Positions 37,328 to 46,466 are shown, numbered from the stretch's first letter. The stretch: DNA of 64,000 nucleotides from Clostridia bacterium (GCA_017407755.1 JAFQVY010000015.1:6135-70134); one strand, 5' to 3'. Numbers and translations: made by a program. The notes: generated from the sequence alone by a model not told the origin.

Positions 37328-40021
37328 TTAGCTAAAACTTTTAGCTGTGTTGTAGGTTATTGTGTATGTATTATTGGCGTTATAAAGAATGGTAAGTGCT
37401 TTGTATGTGCCATCGCCGTTGTCGATACCGATTATTGCAGTTGCGCCTTCTGCAGGAGTTTCAGAAATTGTAGCAGTACCGCCATTTAATGTAATAAATC
37501 CATCTGTTGAAGCGGCACTCATAACAAGTGTACCTTCAAGGTCAATACCAAAACTTCTGATACTGCCGTCAAGCAACACTGTTGCACCGTCTAAAGCGGC
37601 AGAGCCTTCGGTAGCACTGCCCTTGCCGTCTGTGTTAGCAGCAATTGTAAGGCTCATATTCTCAAAAAATCCGTCAGTTAAAGCTTTAGCATCTTTTTCC
37701 ATAGTCCTTGAAGAAGCAGAAACACGTAAAATAACATCAGTAACAAAACCGTTTTCAACCACAACTGAACTGTTAAGTCCGATTGCCTCAACAAGAGCAA
37801 TAAAGTCTGCATAAGTGGTAGTACCTAAAACAGTTGATGCCTGTGCACTTGCACCTACTGCGAAATATGTAAGGTTACCTGAACTGTAGTATATTCTTCC
37901 TTCGCTTGTGGTTTGGCTGCTGCTTACAACACGGTATGTGCCACCTGTAAGTCCTGAGGGTGCAGCTACTTTAAAGGATGGGTCTGGTGTATCGGTACCT
38001 GTGTTGTCGTCGCCCTCTTCACCTTCGTTGCCGCCTGTGCTGCCGTTGTCGGGGTTATAATAACCGTCGCCTGTTTCGGGGTCAGGATTAACCTCAGGAT
38101 TAACTGTGTTGTTAAGAAGTCCTTGCCAATTATCAGGAAGCTCAATTTCGTAAGAAGCACAGTCGCCGCCGGGCATAACCTGAAACTCGCTCTTAGAGTC
38201 TCCGCCTGTAACAACAATAGCAGTGTGACCTTTTTCCATAGTCTGGGCTGTTAAAAGTGTGTCAAAGGGAACAATACCCTGAAGCCACTGGGGAACTGCT
38301 GTGTTCTCAACTATGTCGGCCTCTACGTTTTCTGTAGATGCACCGTTAGCAAGGTCAGCATAATGCTGGTCAAAGGTTGTGTTAAGGTGAATCTTACTGC
38401 CTGTATTTGCCCAATAATGAGCATAAGTACGCATCCATAAAGGACGGCGTGCAGTAGCAATAAGAGTATCCTCAAGAGTATCTTTAGAATCATAAGCCTT
38501 AGCTAAATCAGCGGCAGTTTCTGCTGTAAGAAATACCATACGGGGAACCCTGGGGTTAGTGTTACCCAAGCCGTTCTGCTGCTTTTCGGTAATATCCCAC
38601 GAAAGAAGCTGCATAATCTTTTCTGCATCATCTGTTGCAGGAGTTACGCTGTTACCCCAAGTCATGGTAGAGCCGCAGGTGATAACATTTTCATCAGCCT
38701 CAAAGCCCTGTGTCACATGATAAGGCTCCCAACCGATAGCCTCACAGGTTGCTTCGTCCTCTGCAAAAGCAAAAGGCTCCATATAACCAAATGTACCCAT
38801 TCGGTTTTCTTTAATCTTATAGCCGGCAAGGTTAAGCATTGCAAGTGACATATATCTGCCTAAAAGCTTGTTAGCCTCGGCATTTGTCATATTTTCGTCA
38901 AAGCTGATTCCAAGCTCCTCTGCAATAGGACCGTTAACAAGAACGTAAGGTGTCCAAGCGTGGGTACTTACCAAAGGCTTGTAAAAATCGCCGTGGCCCA
39001 AACACTTTGTAATGGCTATGCAAAGAGGCATATACTCAGGAGGACAGCCTGCCATAATACAGTTAACTGCTACCTGATATGCAGTAATTGTGCGGTTTGC
39101 AGGGGGAACATCCTGTGCTTCGCCCGCGCGGTTTGTACAAACAAGGTCTTCAGCAGCATAATCTGTGTATGCAAGGTAATACTCTACCTTTGCCTTTGTG
39201 GGAGGAACAACAGGAAGACCGTCGGACATTTCGTTAACCTCAAAGAATTCCTGAATTCTCTGATATGAACCTGTAAAGATTACATCATCGTACTTTACGC
39301 TGTTAACTGCACCGGCAATCTCATCAATTTCAGCCTGTGTAATCTGAGTTGTTAACGCTGTAACAACCTGACTGTAAAGAATATCTCTTGCCTTTGTTTC
39401 CTGCTCTTCAGTAGTGTCAGCGGCAAAAGCACCGGGGTATGCGGCTGTTCTTACAACAGGAACACCGCGGCTTAAGCCTGTTGAGCGAATCTGAGCGATA
39501 AATGTCTCGGCACCTACTACAACAGCAGGAATACCGATGTACTCTGCGGCGAGAGCATTACCTGTTTCCTTAACAGTACAGATACCGCAACCGCAGTTAC
39601 CTGAAATTACAGCATCAACACCGTACTCAATAAGCTTCTGCTGGAATTCTTTGGACTGAGCGCTCTGGTTGTTGGGGTTAAAGGTACCGCCCTTACCAAT
39701 CTCGTCCATATAATAGGTTTTGCAGTCAAACTCTTTCTCAAGCATATCTCTGAGAATTGCATGAGTAACAGAAGCACTGAAGCTTCCGCCAACAAGAGCA
39801 ATGGTTTTGCCCTGTAAGGTATCCAATCTGTCTACCTGTGTTATAGACTCAATGGTTGAGCCTGTGGGCACGGGAGATACTACCGCAAAAGAGTTGTTTT
39901 TAGGCTCGATGTCAGCAAGCTCTGTGGCAGAAGCAGAGGGTATTGCCACCAAAGCCATAGAAACCAAGCAAAGCAAACTCAACATAAGCGACAGTATCCG
40001 CTTTAAGATGTTTGATTTCAT
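37328..40021 (-). CDS. Giant secreted protein, paralog A: CGCGIC redox-like (UGSC-like?) N-domain + unrecognised core domain + beta-rich domain
   Basis: Signal peptide MKSNILKRILSLMLSLLCLVSMALVAIPSASA. The N-domain is GKTIALVGGSF...VISGNCGCGICTVKETGNALAAEYIGIPAVVV. The core is DGLPVVPPT...AYQVAVNCIMAGC...GWEPYHVTQGF...RRPLWMRTYAHYWANTG. There is a G/E/D/N/T-rich linker. Confidence 0.85.
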   Translation of the reverse strand: MKSNILKRILSLMLSLLCLVSMALVAIPSASATELADIEPKNNSFAVVSPVPTGSTIESITQVDRLDTLQGKTIALVGGSFSASVTHAILRDMLEKEFDCKTYYMDEIGKGGTFNPNNQSAQSKEFQQKLIEYGVDAVISGNCGCGICTVKETGNALAAEYIGIPAVVVGAETFIAQIRSTGLSRGVPVVRTAAYPGAFAADTTEEQETKARDILYSQVVTALTTQITQAEIDEIAGAVNSVKYDDVIFTGSYQRIQEFFEVNEMSDGLPVVPPTKAKVEYYLAYTDYAAEDLVCTNRAGEAQDVPPANRTITAYQVAVNCIMAGCPPEYMPLCIAITKCLGHGDFYKPLVSTHAWTPYVLVNGPIAEELGISFDENMTNAEANKLLGRYMSLAMLNLAGYKIKENRMGTFGYMEPFAFAEDEATCEAIGWEPYHVTQGFEADENVITCGSTMTWGNSVTPATDDAEKIMQLLSWDITEKQQNGLGNTNPRVPRMVFLTAETAADLAKAYDSKDTLEDTLIATARRPLWMRTYAHYWANTGSKIHLNTTFDQHYADLANGASTENVEADIVENTAVPQWLQGIVPFDTLLTAQTMEKGHTAIVVTGGDSKSEFQVMPGGDCASYEIELPDNWQGLLNNTVNPEVNPDPETGDGYYNPDNGSTGGNEGEEGDDNTGTDTPDPSFKVAAPSGLTGGTYRVVSSSQTTSEGRIYYSSGNLTYFAVGASAQASTVLGTTTYADFIALVEAIGLNSSVVVENGFVTDVILRVSASSRTMEKDAKALTDGFFENMSLTIAANTDGKGSATEGSAALDGATVLLDGSIRSFGIDLEGTLVMSAASTDGFITLNGGTATISETPAEGATAIIGIDNGDGTYKALTILYNANNTYTITYNTAKSFS

Positions 40022-40098
40022 GAAATCATCCTCTCAAAAAATTTTTAATATGAACCGCCGATAAAACCGCACTTATCAGCGTAAATATTACTGTTTAA

Positions 40099-40953
40099 TT
40101 ACTGTGTCAGTGCCGAAGATGTGGGCACTTCAGGCAGGTCTTTTGGGTTATAGTAGGTAACGTCACCGAAGAATGCATCGGCAAAAATCGAAGCCGAGGT
40201 AGTGTCATCAATAAATTTAAGCCTGCCGTTTTCGTCAAAGGTGTATGAAACTGTGTGCTCTGTGTCCTTATCTGTAACAAGGCTAAATGTAAGCTTGCCG
40301 TCTTTGGCGGTATATGCATAGTACATATATCGGTCAAGACCTAAATCCTCGCTTTCGTAATGAATGGTCATTACACCGTTATCTTTAACACTTACTGTTT
40401 CGGTATAGTAAAAGGAATAGTACATATAAGCAAGACTTCGCTCGTTAGTTGCCCACTCCCCTACTAAGAGCTTGTCGACCTCATAATCCTTATAGGCTGA
40501 TTTTTCGTATCGGGGAGCCTTTGCCTGCTCAAGCACATACTCCTCAGCCTCATAGGTAACTCCTGTGCTTTCGTCGGTATATTCAGGGTAAATAAGAGAC
40601 ACTTTGGCATTTCCCAAAAGCTTGGAGCCTGTGATTTTGTACTCAAGATTTTCAGAGCCAAGATTTATTTTCTCAACGCCCTCTTCCTCTAAAAGAGCAT
40701 ACTCATAATACTCAATTCCGCCCTGATAACAGATGTGCCACTGGCCCTTGCCGTATTTGTCGGGTTTGTCAAAAACATAATAAACCCTGTCGCTGTCATC
40801 AACCTCGTCAGGGGTTGCAACCATAACCTCAGGGTTTACGGTAAGCTCCCAAGCGCCTTTAATGGTTTTAGGCACAATAAAAGAGCCTCCTATAACAACA
40901 CCTGCAACAATAAAAACCGCAACAATAACTATAAAAACAAGTTTCTTTTTCAT
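40099..40953 (-). CDS. Membrane-anchored protein with two lipocalin-like (DUF5640-like) halves
   Basis: N-terminal TM (LVFIVIVAVFIVAGVVIGGSFIV). Two Tyr-rich beta-type halves begin at GAWELT... and GEWATN... The family assignment is tentative. Confidence 0.6.
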   Translation of the reverse strand: MKKKLVFIVIVAVFIVAGVVIGGSFIVPKTIKGAWELTVNPEVMVATPDEVDDSDRVYYVFDKPDKYGKGQWHICYQGGIEYYEYALLEEEGVEKINLGSENLEYKITGSKLLGNAKVSLIYPEYTDESTGVTYEAEEYVLEQAKAPRYEKSAYKDYEVDKLLVGEWATNERSLAYMYYSFYYTETVSVKDNGVMTIHYESEDLGLDRYMYYAYTAKDGKLTFSLVTDKDTEHTVSYTFDENGRLKFIDDTTSASIFADAFFGDVTYYNPKDLPEVPTSSALTQ

Positions 40954-40965
40954 AAAAATTCCGCC

Positions 40966-41541
40966 TTATGTATTTCCGTATTTTTTCATTAAATCAATTA
41001 CGCTTTGCACCATTAAATGATAGCTTTCGGTGGCTGAACCGGGGTCGTCTTCAAAAGCTCCCATAACCTCAAGAGAGGAAAAACCATGTGTAACTACACG
41101 AATCATCCTCAGTATATGCACCTGAGCGTCAGCATCTTCAACACCGTACTGCTTCATAAGAATAAAAATAGGTTCAATATACCTTTTATTCAATTCTTCT
41201 GCCTCAGGTGAGTCTGACCATTTTACGGTGTTGGCGATTTCATAAAGGTGAGGGTGCTCATTAACAAAACTTCTGAAAGCATCTCCCGTGGAAAAAGCCG
41301 CTTCGTCTCGCACCAAGTCCCCTCTGGCACTATTGATACAGTCGGTAAACATTTTTACCGAGCGTACAATTACCTCTACAAGTATATCCTTTTCGCCGCT
41401 GATGTGGTTGTAAAGTGAAGAAACCTGAACATTGAGCCTTGCCGCCAGCTTTCTCAAAGAAAACTCAGCTCTGCCCTGTTTATCTATAAAATCAAAGGCT
41501 TCTTTAATTATTTTTTCTCGTGATAATAATTTACTTGTCAT
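40966..41541 (-). CDS. TetR/AcrR-family transcriptional regulator
   Basis: IIKEAFDFIDKQGRAEFSLRKLAARLNVQVSSLYNHI HTH. The start was trimmed to the ATG at 41541, with GGGAGAGAG upstream. Confidence 0.88.
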   Translation of the reverse strand: MTSKLLSREKIIKEAFDFIDKQGRAEFSLRKLAARLNVQVSSLYNHISGEKDILVEVIVRSVKMFTDCINSARGDLVRDEAAFSTGDAFRSFVNEHPHLYEIANTVKWSDSPEAEELNKRYIEPIFILMKQYGVEDADAQVHILRMIRVVTHGFSSLEVMGAFEDDPGSATESYHLMVQSVIDLMKKYGNT

Positions 41542-41555
41542 ATCTCTCTCCCGAA

Positions 41556-41570
41556 ACGAACACTGTTCGT
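41556..41570. promoter_or_regulatory. Perfect 15-bp palindrome, candidate TetR operator
   Basis: ACGAACA-C-TGTTCGT. It lies between the -10 box and the tetR start codon. Confidence 0.6.
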
Positions 41571-41580
41571 ATTTTATTTT

Positions 41581-41610
41581 ATTATATAATTTAAACCCCT
41601 TGTCTGTCAA
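41581..41610 (-). promoter_or_regulatory. Consensus sigma-A promoter of the tetR-headed cluster
   Basis: Minus strand: TTGACA (41605-41610), 18-nt spacer, TATAAT (41581-41586). Confidence 0.7.
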
Positions 41611-41685
41611 CGTAAACCTTCGCTTTTTGTATAGTTTATTTTGTCTCAGTCAAATGTTTTGCAGCAATTTACATAAAAACACAGG

Positions 41686-41722
41686 CAAAAAAACGGCTGC
41701 CTCAAAAGGTAGCCGTTTTGGT
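41686..41722 (-). terminator. Terminator of the ABC exporter operon
   Basis: AACGGCTGCC...GGTAGCCGTT hairpin with a flanking T-run on the minus strand. Confidence 0.65.
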
Positions 41723-41723
41723 T

Positions 41724-43505
41724 TTAGTCGTTATCAGAAAACTGAGAATTATAAAGTTTAGCGTAAAGTCCGTCTTTAGCCATCAAAGTTTCGTGGTTAC
41801 CAACTTCTAAGATGTCGCCGTCCTGCATATAGAGGATATTCTCGGCATCCTTAATAGTTGAGAGTCTGTGAGCAATTACAAAAGAAGTCTTGCCCTTCAT
41901 CATCTCGCTCATAGCTTCCTGAATCATAACCTCGGTACGGGTATCAACAGAAGATGTAGCCTCGTCAAGGATAAGAATGGGGGGATTATTAAGCATTGCT
42001 CTTGCAATAGTTAAGAGCTGACGCTGACCCTGAGCGATGTTAGAGGCACCCTCCTGCAAAACAAAGTTGTAACCGCCGGGGAGTGTGCGGATAAATGCAT
42101 CTGCCCTTGCTTTCTTTGCCGCCTCGATAACCTCTTCGTCAGAAGCGTTAAGCTTACCGTAGCGGATATTTTCCATAATTGTGCCGTTATAAAGCCAAGT
42201 GTCCTGTAAAACCATACCGAATATTTCTCTGAGTCTCTCACGCTTCATATCACGGATATCGACGCCGTCAATCTTAATGGCACCGCCCTTAACATCGTAG
42301 AAACGCATAATAAGGTTAATAAGGGTGGTTTTACCTGCACCTGTGGGACCAACGATAGCTGTCTTCTCTCCTGCACCGATTTTGATATCAAGGTCGTGGA
42401 TAAGTGTCTGGTGAGGAAGGTAACCGAAACGGATGTGGTCAAATGTTACCTGACCCTTAAGAGAAACGGGGAACTTGGGATTTTCTGTGTCGGGAACTTC
42501 CTCGGTTTCGTCTAAGAACTCAAAAATTCTCTGAGCCGCTGAGCCTGTGGACTGGATAATGTTTGTAATCTGCATTACCTGTGTAAGAGGCTGAGAGAAC
42601 TGGCGAAGGTAAAGTGTAAAGGACTGAATCATACCAACGGAAAGTCCGCCTAAAATTGCAATAATTGCACCCACAACACACACAAGTGCATAGCCAAGGT
42701 TTGTTGTGTTCTGCATAATTGGCATCAAGGTGCCTGAGAGGAACTGTCCGTCTTTAGATGCCTCGAAAAGGTCATCGTTGGTTTCTTCAAACTCCTCAAT
42801 AACCGTATCTTCTCTGCCAAATACCGTAACAACGTTGTGACCTGAATAATACTCCTCAACAAAGCCGTTGAGCTCGCCTGTTTTCTGCTGCTGAGCATCA
42901 AACTTAGCCTTGGACTTCTTGGCAATTTTTGATGCAACAAGCAAAGCCACAGGGATAGCGGCAATTCCCACAAAGGTAAGCACGCCGCTGATATTAAGCA
43001 TTATTATAAAGATAATGATGATTGTAAAGAATGCATTTAAAATCTGATAAATGCTCTGCTGTAAAGAGTTTGAAACCGTGTCGACATCGTTTGTAATACG
43101 GCTTAAAATATCGCCGTAGGAGTTTGTGTCGTAGTAATTTAAAGGAAGCTTTGAAAGCTTATAGTCAACCTGCTTTCTAAGGTCATAAATTGTGTTTTCC
43201 GTAACACCTACAATAAGGCATGTACCTATATAAGAAAGCAGTGAGTTAATTCCGTAAGCACCGCCCATAAGAATAAGGAACATAATAAAGTCTGCCCCTG
43301 CCTGAGCGGTTCTGCCGTTTTGAAGGATTTCTGACAAGAAGTTTGTTGCATTACCCATAAAGAGAGGTGCAAGTGCATAAGCGATATTTGCAAGCATAAT
43401 AAGGATAACTGCCAAAATAAGTCTGCCTCTGTAGGGCTTCATATAAGAAAACAGTCTCTTATATGTTCCCTTCTGAGTGGAGGATTTTTTAAACTTTTTC
43501 ATCAC
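41724..43505 (-). CDS. ABC exporter half-transporter (TMD-NBD), subunit with a deviant signature motif
   Basis: 6 TM plus an NBD. GPTGAGKTTL and LILDEATSSVD are present. The signature reads NIAQGQRQ instead of LSGGQ. Confidence 0.9.
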   Translation of the reverse strand: MMKKFKKSSTQKGTYKRLFSYMKPYRGRLILAVILIMLANIAYALAPLFMGNATNFLSEILQNGRTAQAGADFIMFLILMGGAYGINSLLSYIGTCLIVGVTENTIYDLRKQVDYKLSKLPLNYYDTNSYGDILSRITNDVDTVSNSLQQSIYQILNAFFTIIIIFIIMLNISGVLTFVGIAAIPVALLVASKIAKKSKAKFDAQQQKTGELNGFVEEYYSGHNVVTVFGREDTVIEEFEETNDDLFEASKDGQFLSGTLMPIMQNTTNLGYALVCVVGAIIAILGGLSVGMIQSFTLYLRQFSQPLTQVMQITNIIQSTGSAAQRIFEFLDETEEVPDTENPKFPVSLKGQVTFDHIRFGYLPHQTLIHDLDIKIGAGEKTAIVGPTGAGKTTLINLIMRFYDVKGGAIKIDGVDIRDMKRERLREIFGMVLQDTWLYNGTIMENIRYGKLNASDEEVIEAAKKARADAFIRTLPGGYNFVLQEGASNIAQGQRQLLTIARAMLNNPPILILDEATSSVDTRTEVMIQEAMSEMMKGKTSFVIAHRLSTIKDAENILYMQDGDILEVGNHETLMAKDGLYAKLYNSQFSDND

Positions 43506-45232
43506 TTACCCTCCTTACTCATCTGAGAATCTACAATTTCCTTGTAGACATCGCAGGTTTCAAGAAGCTCTTTGTGAGTGCCCATGCCTGCAACCTGACC
43601 GTTTTCAATAACAATAATTCTGTCAGCATCAATAATTGTGCTGATTCTCTGGGCAACGATAACAACCGTTGCATCCCCTGTTTCTTTAGAAAGAGCCTGA
43701 CGTAAAGCCTTGTCTGTCTTAAAGTCAAGGGCAGAGAAGCTGTCGTCAAACACATAAATCTCAGGCTTTCTGACTACCGCACGGGCTATAGCAAGACGTT
43801 GACGCTGACCGCCCGAAACATTTGTACCGCCCTGAGAAATAGGCGCATTAAAGCCGCCTTCCTTCTTCATAACGAAGTCATAGGACTGAGCAATCTTAAC
43901 TGCTTCTTCAATTCTGTCTTCCGAAGCATTTCTGTCGCCGAACTGTATGTTTGAATCAATTGTGCCTGCAAAAAGCACCGCTTTCTGAGGAACAAAGCCG
44001 ATTTTATTTCTTAAAACCGCGGTGTCGTAATCTCGTACGTCAACACCGTCAACAAGCACCTGACCCTCGGTTACGTCGTAAAGACGAGGAATAAGGTTAA
44101 CAATTGTGGATTTACCCATACCTGTACCGCCGATAATGGCAGTTGTCTCACCGGGCTTTGCCTCAAAAGAAAGGTTTTCAATAGCAGGTACGTCGGCACC
44201 GGGGTAAGTAAATGTTACGTTCTTGAATGTAAGGTAACCGCGCTTTTCACTGTTATCCTTTGTTTCCTTTTTATTCTGAATTACAGGCTCTGTGTCAAGC
44301 ACTTCCTTTGCTCTTGCCGCAGCAGTTGAAGCACGGGGAAGCATAACAAAAACCATGGTAAGCATAATTACAGCCATCATAATCTGCATAATGTACTGAA
44401 TAATGGCCATAACTTCGCCGATTGTATAGTCAATGCCCTTGTTAAGGCTCTGATTAGCCGCCATCAGCATTACCAAAGCCGCAGTAAGGGGAAGGATTAT
44501 CATAAGCACAGGCATAACAAGGTTAGTTGTACGCTGAAGCTTTTTGTTTGTCTTCTGATAATCTCTGTTAATCTCATCAAACTTCTTTGACTCAAAATCC
44601 ACTGTACCAAAAGCTCGTATTACACGCACGCCTGTAAGCTTTTCTCGCATAACAAGGTTAATGCGGTCCATTTTAACCTGAATTTTTGTAGAAAGAGGAA
44701 TGGCAATCTTTGCAATTGTAACAAGAACAATTGCCATTAACGGAATTGAAATTACAAGCACACTCGAAAGCTGAGGTGAACTTGAAATTGCAAGCACAAT
44801 ACCGCAAATGCACATAATAGGCGCCTGTACGGCAATCCTTAAACACTGGTTCAGAAAAACCTGAACCTGAGTAATGTCGTTGTTTGTTCTTGTAATAAGA
44901 GAAGATGCGGAGTATTTGTCGATTTCTGTCTGAGAAAAATACTGCACCTTATTAAAAATCTTGCTTCTTAAGTTTTTTCCTACTCCCATTGAAACAGTGG
45001 AGGAAAGTCTGCTGGTCATAACACCGCAGAAAAGACCGAAAACAACAAGAGCAATCATAAAGCCACCGACTCTTATTACCATTGCCATGTCTTCATTGGG
45101 AATTGCAACGTCAATAAGCCGCATCAAAAGAGACGGCAAGCCGAGAGCAGAAAGGGTTGTGCCAAGAACTGTAAGTACAATCAGCACAAGCTCTTTTTTA
45201 TAACGCCCAAGCTCTTTAAATACACATTTCAT
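43502..45232 (-). CDS. ABC exporter half-transporter (TMD-NBD), subunit with a degenerate Walker B
   Basis: GGTGMGKSTI and VSGGQRQRLAIARAV are present. Walker B is YVFDDSFSALD, with Asp in place of the catalytic Glu. 4-nt overlap with the partner gene. Confidence 0.9.
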   Translation of the reverse strand: MKCVFKELGRYKKELVLIVLTVLGTTLSALGLPSLLMRLIDVAIPNEDMAMVIRVGGFMIALVVFGLFCGVMTSRLSSTVSMGVGKNLRSKIFNKVQYFSQTEIDKYSASSLITRTNNDITQVQVFLNQCLRIAVQAPIMCICGIVLAISSSPQLSSVLVISIPLMAIVLVTIAKIAIPLSTKIQVKMDRINLVMREKLTGVRVIRAFGTVDFESKKFDEINRDYQKTNKKLQRTTNLVMPVLMIILPLTAALVMLMAANQSLNKGIDYTIGEVMAIIQYIMQIMMAVIMLTMVFVMLPRASTAAARAKEVLDTEPVIQNKKETKDNSEKRGYLTFKNVTFTYPGADVPAIENLSFEAKPGETTAIIGGTGMGKSTIVNLIPRLYDVTEGQVLVDGVDVRDYDTAVLRNKIGFVPQKAVLFAGTIDSNIQFGDRNASEDRIEEAVKIAQSYDFVMKKEGGFNAPISQGGTNVSGGQRQRLAIARAVVRKPEIYVFDDSFSALDFKTDKALRQALSKETGDATVVIVAQRISTIIDADRIIVIENGQVAGMGTHKELLETCDVYKEIVDSQMSKEGK

Positions 45233-45246
45233 TTGAAGGCTCTCCT

Positions 45247-45792
45247 TTACTCTTTATCTTCAAATACAGAAGAAACAAGTCTTACACCATATATAAGCAG
45301 TGCTGTACCAATCATGTATCCGATTGCAAATGCGGCATATAAAAGATGAGAAATTGCATAAAGACCTGTTACCAAAAGCAAAATGCTCATAATAAGAGAG
45401 AAAATCCAAAGTTTGCCTATACCAAGTTTTTTCTGTGCAACAGCAGAAAAAATACCTGCAACACCTGTATAAACAAGCCAGAACACAAACATAATGAGGA
45501 TTATTAAATCCAGCATACCGCGAACAGCAGGTATAAACAGAGCAAGAACGGACAAAACCGCCGCACAAATACCAAACACAAGCCCTAAAACTCCGTTGGC
45601 TATCAGATTTTTGTCTGATGCTTCCTTGTTTTTGCGGCTTCTTACAAACTCAAAGATACTGCATACACCCAGCATACCCAATAAAACAGCAACAATAAGT
45701 CCGCTGCTTAAAAAGGTTTTACCGGGGAAAAACATACAGTACATTGAGCCGAATATGGCAAACACGCCCAAAATGCAGTTGAAAACCTTCAT
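45247..45792 (-). CDS. HdeD/DUF308-family integral membrane protein
   Basis: Six hydrophobic helices. The start was trimmed to the ATG at 45792, preceded by AAGGAG. Confidence 0.6.
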   Translation of the reverse strand: MKVFNCILGVFAIFGSMYCMFFPGKTFLSSGLIVAVLLGMLGVCSIFEFVRSRKNKEASDKNLIANGVLGLVFGICAAVLSVLALFIPAVRGMLDLIILIMFVFWLVYTGVAGIFSAVAQKKLGIGKLWIFSLIMSILLLVTGLYAISHLLYAAFAIGYMIGTALLIYGVRLVSSVFEDKE

Positions 45793-45890
45793 AAAAACAC
45801 TCCTTACGTTTTTAGAATATTTTAACATAAAAGAAATATTGTGTAAATATTTTTGCATAATAAAAGCCCGAAAATAAAACATTTTCGAGC

Positions 45891-46466
45891 TTAATCTGTC
45901 CAAAAAGGAAGAGCTTCAAAGGAAACCTCTCTGCCTTTGTAAGGAAATGTTATTTTGTGCGAAAAAAGCATTGGCTCTTTCACAGGGCTTTTCGAGCCGT
46001 ACTTGTGGTCGCCCACCAAGGGAAAACCTCGGCTTGCAAACTGCACCCTTATCTGATGGCTTCTGCCTGTATGAAGCCGAACCTTTATAAGAGACTCCTC
46101 ATTTTCTGTAAGCCTTACATACTCAAGCTTTGCTTTTTTAACCCCCGCTCTTTGCCGCTTTACAACAAAGACCTTGTTCTTTCTTGAATCCTTGAAAAGC
46201 AAATCCTCAAGCACTCCGCATTGAGCCGGAACACCATGTACCTTTAAAAGGTACTCCTTCACCATTTTGCCTTCCTGTATAGCCTTTGAAAGACTTGCCG
46301 CAGTTGCCTTGTTTTTGGCGTAAACCATTACTCCGCCAACGTTTTTGTCAAGCCTGTGCACAGGAAACAAGCCGCCTCCCAAAGCTTCTACGGTGCCGTG
46401 CTCAGAGTCAAGTCCCACAGGCTTTATTATTACAATTATGTTTTCGTCAGAATATAAAACTTCCAT
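45891..46466 (-). CDS. RluA-family pseudouridine synthase (short form, no S4 domain)
   Basis: HRLDKNVGGVMVYAK catalytic Asp motif and RSHQIRVQFA. Confidence 0.85.
   Translation of the reverse strand: MEVLYSDENIIVIIKPVGLDSEHGTVEALGGGLFPVHRLDKNVGGVMVYAKNKATAASLSKAIQEGKMVKEYLLKVHGVPAQCGVLEDLLFKDSRKNKVFVVKRQRAGVKKAKLEYVRLTENEESLIKVRLHTGRSHQIRVQFASRGFPLVGDHKYGSKSPVKEPMLFSHKITFPYKGREVSFEALPFWTD

Noticed and set aside
40022-40098. Hairpin CGCTGATAA...TTATCGGCG between the lipocalin-like gene and paralog A as an internal terminator
   Set aside because: The stem is imperfect and no U-tract follows it directly. This is insufficient to call a terminator, although it could modulate read-through.
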